DNA of 64,000 nt, from positions 15,066,001 to 15,130,000 of the forward strand of contig OX597815.1 of NCBI GenBank assembly GCA_951406725.2. The letters run 5' to 3'. The notes beneath the pieces were generated by a model, which did no database searches, was not told where the DNA came from, and saw only the letters and a list, made by a program, of their open reading frames with translations. Positions 11,760 to 27,779 of this stretch are shown one piece after another. This DNA is from Octopus vulgaris (taxonomy: Eukaryota). A program made the translations under genes and the position numbers. The number at the start of each line of letters is the position of its first letter. Position 1 is the first letter of the stretch.

Positions 11760-14367
11760 TACACACACACATACATACATACATAAATACATACATACAT
11801 ACATACATACACACATACATACATACATAAATACATACATGCATAAATACATACATACATACATACATAAATACATACATACATACATACATAAATACAT
11901 ACATACATACATACATACATACATACATACATACATTCATACATACATACATACATAAATACATACATATATACATACATACATACATACATACACACAC
12001 ACATACATACATACAAACATACATACATACATACATACATACATACATACATACATACATACATACATACATACATACATACATACATACATACATACAT
12101 ACATACATACATACATACATACATAGATACGTACGTACTTACATACAAACATACATACATACATACATATATACATACATACATACATACATACATAATA
12201 CATAAATACATACATACATACATACATACATACATTAATACATACATACATACATTCATACATAGATACATACATACATACATACAAACATACATACATA
12301 CATACATACATACAAACATACATAAATACATACATACATACATACATACATACATACAAACATACATACATACATACATACATACATACATACAATCATA
12401 CATACATACATACATACATACATTAATACATACATACATACATACATACAAACATACATAAATACATACATACATACATACAAACATGCATGCATGCATA
12501 CATACATACATACATACATACATACATACATACATACATACATACATACATACATACGTACGTACATACATACATACATACGTACATACATACATACATT
12601 CATACATACATACATACGTACATACACACATACATACATACAAACATACATACATACATACATACATACAAACATACATACATACATACATACATACATA
12701 CATACATACACACACATACATACATACATACATACATACATACATACATACATACATACATACATACATACATACATACGTACGTACATACATACATACA
12801 TTCATACATACATACATACATACATACATACATACATTCATACATACATACATACAAACATACGTACATACATAATACATACATACATACATTCATACAT
12901 ACATACATACAAACATACACACACATACATACATACATACATACATACATACATACATACATACACACATACATACATACATACATACATACATACATAC
13001 ATACATACATACATACATAACATGCATACATACATACATACATACATACATACATACATACAAACATACATACATACATACATACATACAAACATACATA
13101 CATACATACAAACATACATAAATACATACATACATACATACATACATTAATACATACATACATACATACATACATACATACATACATACAAACATACATA
13201 CATACATACATATACATACATACATACATACATACACATACATACATACACACACACATACATACATACATACGTACATGCATACATACATACATTCATA
13301 CATACATACATACATACATACACATACATACATACACACACATACATACATACACACACATACATACATACACACACACATACGTACACACACATATACA
13401 TACATACGTACATACATACATACATACATACAAACATACATACATACATTCATACATACATACATACATACATACACACGTACATACATACATACAGACA
13501 TACAAACATACATACATACATACATACATACATACGTACATACATACATACATACATACATACAAACATACATACATACATTCATACATACATACATACA
13601 TACATACACACGTACATACATACATACAAACATACAAACATACATACATACATACATACGTACATACATACATACATTCATACATACATACATACATAAT
13701 ACATACATACATACATTCATACATACATACAAACATACACACACACATACATACATACATACACATACATACATACACACACACACACACGCACACAGAC
13801 ATACATACATACACACACACATACATACATACATACATACATACATACATACATACATACATACATTCACACACACATACATACATACATACATACGAAC
13901 ATACATACATACATACACATACATACATACACACACACACACACGCACACATACATACATACATACATACATACATACATACATTCACACACACATACAT
14001 ACATACATACATACATACATACATACACATACATACATACACACACACACACACACGCACACAGACATACATACATACACACACACATACATACATACAT
14101 ACATACATACATACATACATACATACATACATTCACACACACATACATACATACATACATACATACATACATACATACATACACATACATACATACACAC
14201 ACACACACGCACACAGACATACATACATACACACACACATACATACATGCATACATACATACATACATACATACATACATACATACATACATACATACAT
14301 ACATACACACATACATACATACATTCACACATACATACATACATACATACATACATACATACATACA

Positions 14368-14401
<34 letters not shown>

Positions 14402-14413
14402 CATACATACATA
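11760..14413. repeat. ~2.65-kb (CATA)n/(CA)n microsatellite field
   Basis: Read directly from the sequence. It is the source of the spurious MYVC/HTYI ORFs. Confidence 0.98.
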
Positions 14414-14419
14414 GTCCAC

Positions 14420-15884
14420 TAATATCGTTAGACTAAGAACCTTCACCTCAAGCTCCGACAAAGCAGCAGTAGAATTACTCTCCAAATTTATGGATAATTT
14501 TTTTACTGTCGCAACTCGTCCATGAAACAACCAAAATCAACCAAAGTGTATTGGACCCAGTGCTAAGCAATCATCCTAACACTATCCATAACATCACAGG
14601 GGAAAGAACCCTCCAGTCCGATCACGATATAGTCCTCTGTAACCTCAATCTGCAGCATCCAAAAATTTGGCATAAACAACTTTGACAGAGTCGACCACAA
14701 TATACTGTTAAGGAAACCATCTAACGCTGGAGTCGGTGGTAAGCTATTTCAATGGATTAGGTATTTCCTATTTCCTAACAAACAGGACCCAGCATGTTGT
14801 GGTTGATGGCATCCACTCAAGACCAGCGAAAGTCATCAGCGGAGTCCCGCAGAGCAACGTGCTGGGTCCACTTCTTTTTATTGTCTATATCAATGACATT
14901 GTAGATTCCATTGAACATAGCACCATTAAAATATTTGAAGGTGACTCTAAATTTCAGAAAGTCATTTAAGGAGCATATGATCGAGCGATGCTTCAATCGG
15001 ACTTATGGGTAGTAACCCAGTGGGTACAAAAAACACAATATGCAGCTGAACGAAGAAAAATTTGAGCTCATCGACTTTGGAAAAGCGGACATACTCAAAC
15101 AACCATATACATTATCGTCGGGAGACGTACTTGAATATCAGAGACTTAGGTGTAACTGTCGAAAGCAACCTTAGCTGGAGTGTGCACATCAGCAAAAACG
15201 TTGATGTTGCCTGCAGAATGTGCTCATGGATACTCAGAACTTTCCAATCTCGGCATCATGAAACCATCACCCTTTTCTTCTACACATTCGTTAGGCCTCC
15301 ACCTCGAATACTACTGCCCTTTGTGGTCCCCCGACAAAAACCAAGACATAATGAAGATCGAAGTGCCACAAAGATCAATCACTAAAGAAATGAATGGCAT
15401 GACTGACTTGATTATTGAGCCCGACTTAAATAGCTGAAACTCTATTCGCTGCAACGCCGTTGTGAGCGATACATTATTTGCATCATGTGGGAAATATTCC
15501 ACCAATATTATCCAAATGATATCGGTATTATGTTTAAAATTGACCCAAGACTAGGCCGCCGTGCAATACGTCCCCTACAAAAATCGAGATCACACCACAT
15601 AAGAGCATTCCAGCACAATTTCTTCACTGCAAACGGTCCTGCTCTTTTCAATCTTATCTCGAAAGAATTTAAAGTAGAAAAAGACCTCCACAACTTTCAA
15701 ACAAATACCTCCAGGAAATACCGGACAAGCCACCTACACCTCGATACGTCTCAGCCAACAACAACTCTCTGCTTGAGTGGTCCCTGGATCCCAAAATAAT
15801 TAACTAAAAGACTTTTACAGGTGGTGCTATTGAGTTTGTCATGGCCTGGGCTGATAATGGCCGAAACCAATCTAAGTTATCTAA

Positions 15885-15887
<3 letters not shown>
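14420..15887 (+). mobile_element. Degenerate CR1-like LINE (RT domain to 3' end)
   Basis: FLTNRTQHVVVDG...SGVPQSNVLGPLLFIVYINDI...KIFEGDSK (decayed FADD), IRDLGV and HLEYYCPLWSP. The 3' end is ctaagttatctaagtt. Multiple frameshifts. Confidence 0.88.
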
Positions 15888-15952
<65 letters not shown>

Positions 15953-16381
15953 TATGTATGTATGTATGTATGTATGTATGTATGTATGTATGTATGTTTG
16001 TATGTATGTATGTATGTATGTATGTAAGTACATACGAATGTATGTAAGTACATACGAATGTATGTATGTATGTATGTATCGTACACACAGTTCGTGGCAG
16101 GCTGCGGTTGTAGGTGTAAGGGAACATATTCTCAAGAATTCGATTGGTGTTAAAACACCTGGATGCCATAGACAAGCGAGGTAACTCCTGTTAAGTCCCC
16201 TTACAGGAACGATAGACGTTAATGTTTCTTCATCTTCATGACTTGTCCATACCGCGTACCCGAAACAAGGCCAGATGCAAGCTAAATCGCCTTCTCATTC
16301 GAAAATATATATATACGAGCAAAATGGACGGTGCTGAGTTGTCAAACATTTAAGCCAAATTTTCTCAAAACAACTTGTCCG

Positions 16382-16630
16382 ATAATGAGGATCGAAGCGC
16401 CACAAAGATCAATCACTACAAAAATAAATGGCATAGTGGGACTTAATTATTGAACTCGACTTAAACAGCTGAAACTCTATTAGCTGCAACGCCGTTGTGA
16501 GCGATACATTATTTGCACCATGTGTAAAATAGTCCACCAATATTATCCAAATGATATCGATATTATATTTACAATTTACCCAAGACTAGGCCCCTGTACA
16601 ATATGTCCCCTACAAAGGTCGAGATCCCAT
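16382..16630 (+). mobile_element. Second fragment of the same CR1-like LINE
   Basis: Colinear with 15348-15590 (ataatga.gatcgaag.gccacaaagatcaatcacta...ctgaaactctat...gctgcaacgccgttgtgagcgatacatt). Confidence 0.85.
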
Positions 16631-18100
16631 AGGCCTCGCCTTTGAGAAACACTGATTTAACCTAAATTTGAGACACCAGCAAAAGAAGAAATAAAGATAG
16701 ACTTTTTTCTATTCCAAAGAAAAACGATTTTAATGCAAATATTGCACGATTAAGAAGCAAGCAAATAGACTTTTGTTTCTAAAACTTAAGTATTTTGACT
16801 ATATTCACCTTGAAATAAAGCTCAAACAATCTTGATTGAATACAATAATGGTTTTCTTTCACTAAAAACACACTTTTGGGGGTTTAAAGCTGTAAGGTAA
16901 CAAAAATCATTTATTAACAAGAAAATAGTATTTTCTTCCTTGAATAAAAAGCAATCAGTGTTTTCTTTTCGTTAAAAAATAATTAAGCATGCCTTTATTT
17001 CAATAGAATTTTATGTTTTGTCAAACGAAGTTAAGGCAAAAAAAAAAAAAAAATTCTTGAGAAACCAAACAGTCGTTCCTTCCTTCATGCCAAGTTTCAA
17101 GAAAATATCTCTTTTGCATCTTATTTTTTAGTCTGCATTTTTATACTGCATTTTGTGGCATTATTTCAAGCCAGCCGGCATTTTTTTTGCGCAAACTGCA
17201 CGTGCATTTTTCAATTACAAAGAGGTGTAATGTAAAGTGTCCATGTAACTGAAAACCCATGTTATTCTGTGAGGAATATGTAAACCATAAAGTCAGGAGG
17301 AATGCGAGGTGAATATGGATTTATTTAACCATGCGACTTCCATAGGATTACAGCCATTTAGCAACCTTCTTCATGTAGTATTAATTTCATTACGCAAGAA
17401 TTTATATGTACACATTTGGATTAATGTTTGTGTGCTCGGCATTTTACAACAAAATTGTATATTCACATATGGATGCAAGAAAAGAAAGGTAGCTCATTAA
17501 ATCACCGGGACATTATGGTTACATCAACAGTCCAACTCCAGCGAAATAACCATTGTTCTATCGAAGTCACGTAGCTAAATAAATCCATATTCACCCCTCA
17601 TACCTCCTAACATTTTCGGTATACCACCGACTAGCGCAGTCAGTCATTGTACGATGACGGGAATAGAAGAAGAGAGACCTCTCCCTGTCGTTAGCTGGCA
17701 GCGTCTGCTTTTCCGGTTTCTGGTGCTGAGGAGGAGATAACCACTCCGAAATGCATGCATCCAGTAGTTTGGCCAGGGAGTTCTGCGAACTGACTCGATG
17801 TATTTCCAACAGCGAGAAATTTTCTCCATGACAAAATACAACGAATGGCTTTCTTGCAGTTCGAGTCGTCTTTGCTGAGTTGACTAGAGCAAAGTTAAAT
17901 GAAGAGCCTTGCTCAAGGACTCAAGGTAACAAACCCACGACCTTGCGAACATGAATCTAACACCCTATTTATTAGATCACATACCTTCACACACACACAC
18001 GCGCGCGCAGGCGCGCGTGTACGGGTGTATATGTGTATGCGTGTTGAGTGTGCGTCTTCTGTGTGTGTTTTATATGTGTGTGTTAGACAGACAGACAGAC

Positions 18101-18148
<48 letters not shown>

Positions 18149-19083
18149 GATTGTATGTATATTGTTCACATATGCATATATACATACGTTCATACATGTA
18201 TATATGCATATATATATATATACATATGAGCGCGTGCGCGTATGTTTGTGTGTGTGTGTGTGTGTGTTGGTGTGTGTGTGAATTGTGAGTGTGTGTATGT
18301 TTGTGTTTTGTGTGTGTGCGTATGTTTGCATGTCTGAGGTGTGTCCTGCAGTATAGCTATTTCCGTTTAGATAGCGTTAATCTAGACAGGTTGCGAAACA
18401 CATGAACAGAACATCACCCACTCCCCCATCTACCCCTCTCCCTCCATCTCCCTCCACCTCCCTCCACCTCCCTCCACCTCCCCCCTCTCTCCCTCTCTCT
18501 CGTTCAGAAAACTGAACCAATTTGAGTTTAACAATGAAATTCAAGGAACAGCAGGGTTGCGCAGTTATTTACGATTGTGAATTTCAACAAAGCCCAACCG
18601 TCTAAATCGATGATAATTCGATGCATCTCTTAGAAGAATTTTAAGTCAGTGGTAGGATATGAACCACCAAATTGTCAGACACCGCAATCAATGTTTCAGT
18701 GATTCCTGACTTATAAAATATATCTAGAGCTATCTATCATAGAATGGGGAGAAGATGTGGCCTCGTTGATCACTGATAAAAGATAACACGGTATGCTCAT
18801 ATGGGAACCATGTTATGCTTATCACGGATTGATCTGTGATAACACGAGTCAGTGGCCTGTCGAAGATACTGCTTGTACCATAGAAACGCCGCTCAGCTAC
18901 CAAGAATGTGCTGACTGTCACTTGTGTCTTCATGACCATTCTGCGAGGCTGCCTATTTTAATTTTCGGATTGAAGTACTCGTACCCATCACCATGGGAAC
19001 AGTAAACAAATAAATAAGTAAATAAATAAAATATGAGGACGCCTAATCTTAACAAATGACGCAGATGACAGGAGCAGATAGCA

Positions 19084-20437
19084 ATAATAATAATGGTTTC
19101 AAATTTTGCCACAAGGGCAGCAATTTTCGTGAAGGGGATAAGTCGATTACGTCGACACCAGTGCGTAACTGGTATTTAATTTATCGACACCGAAAGGATG
19201 AAAGGCAAAGTCGACCTCGGCGGAATTTGAACTCAGAACGTAGCGACGGGTGAAATACCTATTTCTATTTCTTTACTACCCACAAGGGGCTAAACACAGA
19301 AAGGACAAACAAGGACAGACAAACGGATTAAGTCGATTACATAGACCCCAGTGCGTAACTGGTACTTAATTTATCGACCCTGAAAGGATGAAAGGCAAAG
19401 ACGACCTCGGCGGAATTTGAACTCAGAACGTAGCGACGGGTGAAATACCTATTTCTATTTCTTTACTACCCACAAGGGGTTAAACACAGAGAGGACAAAC
19501 AAGGACAGACAAATGGATTAAGTCGATTACATAGACCCCAGTGCGTAACTGGTACTTAATTTATCGACCCTGAAAGGATGAAAGGCAAAGACGACCTCGG
19601 CGGAATTTGAACTCAGAACGTAGCGACGGGTGAAATACCTATTTCTATTTCTTTACTACCCACAAGGGGTTAAACACAGAAAGGACAAACAAGGACAGAC
19701 AAACGGATTAAGTCGATTACATAGACCCCAGTGCGTAACTGGTACTTAATTTATCGACCCTGAAAGGATGAAAGGCAAAGTCGACCTCGGCGGAATTTGA
19801 ACTCAGAACGTAGCAACGGGTGAAATACCTATTTCTATTTCTTTACTACCCACAAGGGGTTAAACACAGAGAGGACAAACAAGGACAGACAAACGGATTA
19901 AGTCGATTACATAGACCCCAGTGCGTAACTGGTACTTAATTTATCGACCCCGAAAGGATGAAAGGCAAAGTCGACCTCGGCGGAATTTGAACTCAGAACG
20001 TAGCAACGGGTGAAATACCTATTTCTATTTCTTTACTACCCACAAGGGGTTAAACACAGAAAGGACAAACAAGGACAGACAAACGGATTAAGTCGATTAC
20101 ATAGACCCCAGTGCGTAACTGGTACTTAATTTATCGACCCTGAAAGGATGAAAGGCAAAGTCGACCTCGGCGGAATTTGAACTCAGAACGTAGCAACGGG
20201 TGAAATACCTATTTCTATTTCTTTACTACCCACAAGGGGTTAAACACAGAGAGGACAAACAAGGACAGACAAACGGATTAAGTCGATTACATAGACCCCA
20301 GTGCGTAACTGGTACTTATTTAATCGACCCCGAAAGGATGAAAGACAAAGTCGACCTCGGCGGAATTTGAACTCAGAACGTGGCGACAGACGAAATACCG
20401 CTAAGCATATCGCCCGGCGTACTAACCTTTCTACCAG
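19084..20437 (-). mobile_element. Tandem SINE array: one head, seven bodies, 190-bp period
   Basis: gtgcgtaactggta recurs at 19161, 19351, 19541, 19731, 19921, 20111 and 20301. A single tRNA-like head lies at the right end, and the leftmost body carries the tail-A end. Confidence 0.93.
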
Positions 20438-20731
20438 AGATTATAGCGATAATTGGAGCTTCGCCGCTGCGGGCTGCGAGTTTGAATGCCAATCAATGAC
20501 TCTTACCATTCGTTCCGTTTACAAAGCGTGCAGGGGTGATTCATTTTTCACTGATTTTTTTTATCACCGTGATATTTTTTTTAACCAAACCCTCACAGTA
20601 AACGAGGATAAATGTAAAAGAAGATGAAATAAAGTCGAGTATTTTTGACACAGGTGCCTATTTCACTTGATATGTCAAACAGATGTGTATTTGTTCTCTC
20701 CCGTAATATCCAACAGGTACAAATATGTACA

Positions 20732-20776
<45 letters not shown>

Positions 20777-21375
20777 CTCTCTCCCCTCTCTCTTAAAGAG
20801 AAATCTATTGCAAAATAATTTGAAACATTATTCTGCTTATGCCTCCATGTACGTTACGTGCCGACGGTAGAGATAGAAAGAAAGAGAACTCAAATGGGCA
20901 TCACAAAATAAATCAGAGTTATTTCCCTTATACCGGTCTCCGCTCTGAACACCCGCACGAACACACACCCATAGACACACACTCACACACGGTCTTCCAC
21001 TTTCTTTCTCTCTCCCTCTCTTTCTCTCTTTCTGTCTTTTTTCTTTCTCTCTTTCTCTCTCTCTCTCTCTTTCTATATTTCTTTCTCTCTCTCTCTCTCC
21101 CTCTCACACACATGTAGGCATGTACAAGATGCGTTACACACATGTTCTAGATCAGTTTGGGAGTTCCAACATTTAAAGGTTTCAGAAGTAATATGGGTGT
21201 AACATCGGAAAGGGATGCTACCGTGACCTAGTTGGCAGCCGTTCAACTAGAGTGTGACTGTCTGAACAACACATGCTCCGCCAGTTATATTTATTAATAA
21301 AAGCAAAACCCCAGAAAAATTGTGATGGTCTGAGTAAGAATGGAAAGTCAGCAGAGTGGAATGAATTATTTTGCT

Positions 21376-21392
21376 GAGTGTGTGTGTGTGTA

Positions 21393-21488
<96 letters not shown>

Positions 21489-22630
21489 TGTGTGTGTATG
21501 TATGTATGTATGTATGTATGTATGTATGTGTGTGTGTATATGTATGTATGCATGTGTGTGTATGTATGTATGTATGTATGTGTCTGTGTATGTATGTATG
21601 TGTATTTGTATGTTTGTATGTATGTATGTATGTGTGTATGTTTGTATGTATGTATGTATGTGTGTATGTATGTATATATGAATGTATGCATGTGTATATG
21701 TTTGCATGTATGTATGTGTATGTATGTATGTATGTATGCATGTATGTATGTTTGTATGTATGTGTGTGTATATGTATGTATGTATGTAGGTATGTATATA
21801 GGTATGTATGTATGTATTTATGTATGTACGTATGTATGTATGTTTGTATGTATGTATGTCTGTATGTTTGTATGTATGTATTTACGTGTGTATGTTTGTA
21901 TGTATGTGTATATGTATGAATGTATGTATGTATGTATCTGTGTGTGTGTGTATGTATGTATGTATGTATGTAAGTATGTATGTATGTATGTATGTATGTG
22001 TGTATGTATGTATGTATGTATGTATGTATGTATGTATGTATGTATGTATGTATGTATGTATGTATGTATGTATGTATGTATGTATGTATGTATGTATGTA
22101 TGTATGTGTGTGTGTATGTATGTATGTATGTATGTATGTATGTGTGTGTGTGTATATGTATGTATGTATGCGTGTGTGTATGTATGTATGTGTGTGTATG
22201 TATGTATGTATGTATGTATGTATGTATGTAGGTAGGTATGCATGTAGGTATGTATGTATGTATGTATGTATATTTGTATGTATGTATGTATGTTTGTATG
22301 CATGTTTGTATGTATGTATGTAAGTATGCATGTTTGTATGTATGTATGTATGTGTGTATGTATGTATGTATGTATATATGCATGTATGTATGTATGTATG
22401 TATGTATGTATGTATGTATGTATGAATGTATGTATGTAGGTAGGTAGGTATGTATGCAGGTATGTATGTATGTGTGTATGTATGTACGTATGTATGTATG
22501 TATGTATGTATGTATGTATGTATGTATGTATGTATGTATGTATGTATGTATGTATGTATGTATGTATGTATGAATGTATGTATGTGTGTATGTATGTATA
22601 TATGTGTGTATGTATGTATGTATGTATGTA

Positions 22631-22661
<31 letters not shown>

Positions 22662-23206
22662 ATGTGTGTGTGTATATGTATGTATTTATGTGAGTGTGTA
22701 TGTATGTATGTATGTGTGTGTGTGTTTATTTATGTATGTGTGTGTATGTTTGTATGCATGTATGTATGTGTGTATGTATGTATGTATGTATGTATGTATG
22801 TATGCATGTACGTATGTTTGTATGTATGCATGTATGTGTATGTATGTGTGTGTGTATGTATGTATGTATGTATGTATTTATGTATGTATGCATGTATGTA
22901 TGTATGTTTGTATGTATGTATGTGTGTATGTATGTATGTATGTTTGTATGTATGTATGTATGTATGTTTGTATGTATGTATTTATGTGTGTATGTTTGTA
23001 TGTATGTGTGTATGTATGTATGTATGTATGTATGTATATATGTGTGTATGTATGTATGTATGTATGTATGTATGTATATATGTGTGTATGTATGTATGTA
23101 TGTATGTATGTATGTATGTATGTATGTGTGTGTGTGTATGTATGTATGTATGAGTGTGTGTATATGTATGTTTGTATGTTTGTTTGTATGTATGTATGTG
23201 TGTATG

Positions 23207-23237
<31 letters not shown>

Positions 23238-23346
23238 GTATGTATGTAGGTATGTATGTATGTATGTATGTATGTTTGTATGTATGTATTTACGTGTGTA
23301 TGTATGTATGTATGTATGTATGTATGTATGTATGTATGTTTGTATC

Positions 23347-23379
<33 letters not shown>

Positions 23380-23398
23380 ATATGTATGTATGTATGTA
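21376..23398. repeat. ~2-kb (TATG)n/(TG)n microsatellite field
   Basis: Read directly from the sequence. Confidence 0.98.
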
Positions 23399-23523
23399 TT
23401 CCGCTTTGTCAACTTTGTGTACAAAATATTTGCTGTCAGGTTAAGTCAATTTTTAGAGTGGATTTCATTCCCAGTAGTTCAATCCATGACGGCATGGAAG
23501 ACGGAAATTAAATCATGATGATA

Positions 23524-23561
<38 letters not shown>

Positions 23562-23709
23562 GAGGAGGGGGAGAAGGAATTTCAGCAACTCAGCATAGAG
23601 CATATGAATTAATTGCTTTAGTATGCGTGGGTGTATGTGTGTGTGTTTGTGTGTGTGCATGTGTGTATATGTATATATGCATATATATATGTGTGTGTGT
23701 GTATATATA

Positions 23710-24045
23710 TATATTAATAGTTATCGCCATACTAATATGGCAGTCTATAAATATAAGACTAAAGCTGTCGCTGATTAGTTCCAAGAGGCCATCGTCTGTA
23801 GCTAGCTATATGACACAGGAACCTGCGTCCATTTCAACCTTCGAACAGGGGAGGTCAGCCGCTTCACCTTGCTAGTCAGACATGTCTGCAGATGTCTGAC
23901 TAGCAATGTGAAGCGGCTGACCTCCCCTGTTCGAAGGTTGTTATGGAATGGACGCAGGTTCTTAGTCTTGTCATATAGCTGCCATATTAGAGGCGATGGC
24001 CTATTAATATCCTAACGCTGCCGCTTTAGACAGCTTTAGTTTTAA
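23710..24045. repeat. Long imperfect palindrome (fold-back element/MITE-like)
   Basis: caaccttcgaacaggggaggtcagccgcttcaccttgctagtcagacat is mirrored by atgtctgactagcaatgtgaagcggctgacctcccctgttcgaaggttg around ~23887. The outer arms also pair. Confidence 0.88.
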
Positions 24046-24089
24046 TATTTTATAATATATATACAAATATTTGTATATGTGCGATAATA

Positions 24090-24151
<62 letters not shown>

Positions 24152-24215
24152 TATATATATGCATAATTGTTCCACGTGTTGTTGTATATATACATTTTTC
24201 TGTTTTCCCGTTTGG

Positions 24216-24274
<59 letters not shown>

Positions 24275-25433
24275 CGTAACACTCTGTCGGTTACGACGAT
24301 GAGGGTTCCAGTTGATCCACACAGCCCGCGCGTGAAATTAACGTGCAAGTGTGTGTTGTCTCACAGTTGCTTTCTCCCTCTGACCAAGATTCTAGCTGGT
24401 CAGCCAGACCTCGTTGAGTCGTCACCGACTGTGACTAACTCCGTTGAGTCATCACGACTATGACGAACTGATTCTTGCTTGGGGTGTGATTGTCTATATA
24501 ACTATACAGAAGGATAGATATATTATTGAGGACAATAGATTTAGTTGGTGATCTTGTTATCTCTATTCTATCTTTTGGTGAAGTAAAAGAGGTTAGAAAG
24601 GGTCAAGTGGTGAAAACATTATTTCGGCCTAGCTAAAGGCATCTGGAAAATGTAAAACTGCTGTTAGAGAAAAACCATTGTTCCACCATGGGAACAGTTC
24701 TGTTGCTGCGTTAATTTAAATTTGGCTACGGTGGATCGAATCCACTTTATGCATGCAAGATTCACTACATATATAAAGGGGACCACTTACGTGATTATCG
24801 TAAAATGTAATAAAAGCAATATTGAGCTATCGATCTCACTTGGTAGTTCTAACTTCCAATTTACTTAAAAGCGTAGTAGGGATGATAGATGACGGTTAAG
24901 AAGTTTTTTTTATATGAATTTGAAATAACGTATAGCTCCTTATTTGGTATTTCTCAATGTACATATACATACATCTTGACCAGTATTTTCTTCAGGGAGT
25001 TTTTAAATAGATATTTATTGGATTTCATAATGAGGAAGCCAAGAATTAACTATTCTATGTATATTTTAACCGTCTCTTTGTTTATTTTCCTTTAAATCTC
25101 AACTACTGAAGGAGTACAAATTCGACCTTTGTGATGTTCTTTTTATGGAAATCTTGCTCCTTTTGCCAGAAACAATTGTCTAGGATTATGAAATAGAAGG
25201 ATAATCCATTTTAGCATCTAATCTGCTTCATTTAATTTATTTCATGAAATTTATTGAACTTTATTTAATAAATTAAGTCTTATATTGATTCTTTGTTTAC
25301 ATACATTCATACCCATACAATTTAATAATTCGTAAGTAACGTATGATGAAAAGGCATTAGGAATCTATGGAGAAAAAATTCCTATTAAAGGACGAAGATA
25401 TATTTATCCGGACAAATATATATGAACTTCATT

Positions 25434-25512
25434 AGGTTACAGCTGTTTCTGCTTAAGGTGCAATGGACTCATAGTTGAATGCTTGTGCATCATCTTACCG
25501 TTTCATCAGAGC
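25434..25512 (-). ncRNA. Degenerate type I hammerhead ribozyme motif (Penelope-type)
   Basis: The (-) strand reads agct CTGATGA ...long stem II... GAAAC AGCT GTA acct, with palindromic stem III ACAGCTGT. Confidence 0.5.
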
Positions 25513-25555
25513 TTTGAAGGCACAAGATAATCCTTTATTTCTTTGTCATTTCCCT

Positions 25556-25609
<54 letters not shown>

Positions 25610-25658
25610 GTATGTGTGTATGTATGTATGTATGTATGTATGTATGTATGTATGTATG

Positions 25659-25715
<57 letters not shown>

Positions 25716-25829
25716 CCTGCTCGCTTAGCCAGCGGGGTAGCGTCATTTGAAGGCTAAAACAATGCGAAGCGCATTGTGACCAGCGATGTGTAGTAACATC
25801 TGATAGCCTGGTGAGTCACGGTGATTACG

Positions 25830-25865
<36 letters not shown>

Positions 25866-26362
25866 CATATATACATGGAGAAAGTGAGAGAGAGAGAGAG
25901 CGGGCGAGAGAGAGAAAGGAAGGAAGGAGGGATGGAGGTGGGGTAGGTGGCATATTTTAATACGCAACTGTACCTTATTCCTTAGTCTTCCAGGATACAA
26001 TATTTGTCTGCCCAGAACTTTGAATATTCACTGCGTTACTATTGTACAAACCTATTTATTTGTTAGCCTTAGAAAAACTTAAAAAAACCTACAAAGATAT
26101 TCTGTAAAAGGTTCTCTTAATTATCCGCCTTTCTCCATAATAACTAAATATCTACGAGATAATTAAACACAAGCTAACCCTCTTATGATAGCCTATCGTT
26201 CCATAACTATCCATTAATAACTCTTAGAGTCTCTTGGTCCCTACGACTGATTTATGGGGGTTTCTTCTTTCAAAATATCTGTTCTCCATATTACTCTTCT
26301 TTATGCACTCTATGCTTTTCTGTGGGATATAAATATCATAGCACGATCTTCCCACTAGTAGC

Positions 26363-26990
<628 letters not shown>

Positions 26991-27086
26991 CTTATCTTTG
27001 TTCTCTGGCTATATCTACTAAATTGTCTTATTCCGGCTTCGGCAAACGGTCTTAAAATAACAAAATCATTATATATATATAGAGAG

Positions 27087-27155
<69 letters not shown>

Positions 27156-27156
27156 G

Positions 27157-27191
<35 letters not shown>

Positions 27192-27454
27192 TGGGTGGGA
27201 ATACCCGTTCGCACACACATAAACTTGGAAAACAATACAAATGTAGACATAACTTTCTTATTAACAAACAGAGGTCGTTCAAATCGTAAATGTTTCACTA
27301 TAGAAAAGTACTGATTAACACGGTGCGCTCATCACAAGCGATGTATTCGCGCCATCGTCAAACCCAACTCTCGAATCTTCTTAAAACCAATTCAGATGTG
27401 CGCTGTTGGCCGCAGCCTTTCATGAAATCTTTTTTTTTTCCTTAAGACTTTCCC

Positions 27455-27666
27455 TTAACCCTTTAGCATTCAAATTACTCTGTCAAATATAATGTCTATT
27501 TATTCAAATTGGTTTGAATTAATCATACATTATCTCACTGCTTCTAGATTTCAATGATGTGATAGTATTGTAGGGTAGGTGTGAGAGTCCGAATCTGGTC
27601 AATTTGAACATAAAACATGTAGAATATTTGGGTTTGATAGAGCCGGATTAAATGTTAAATGGTTAA
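27455..27666. mobile_element. piggyBac-type MITE
   Basis: TTAA-ccctttagcatt ... aatgttaaatgg-TTAA: imperfect TIRs flanked by TTAA. Confidence 0.65.
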
Positions 27667-27779
27667 TGGCCCGAAAAGGTGGAACTCAGACAGTACCAGT
27701 TGTACTATGGATGGGATACCTGTCGAATTTGCTGGTTGCTTGATTTATTGCCTATGATGCGCGTGTCTTGGTGAATGGA

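Noticed and set aside
11689-14530. Long MYVC/HTYI ORFs (also at 9.7, 21-23.5 and 37.7 kb)
   Set aside because: These are translations of (CATA)n/(TATG)n microsatellites.
16650-17890. Possible DNA-transposon remnant and short ORFs
   Set aside because: I could not identify paired TIRs, a TSD or transposase motifs.
19259-19448. Hammerhead ribozyme within the SINE repeat unit (retrozyme hypothesis)
   Set aside because: No CUGANGA core was found on either strand of the unit by eye. Other ribozyme classes were not excluded.
19161-20398. Regularly spaced repeats resembling a CRISPR array
   Set aside because: The whole 190-bp unit repeats with no unique spacers, there are no cas genes, and the sequence is a eukaryotic SINE.
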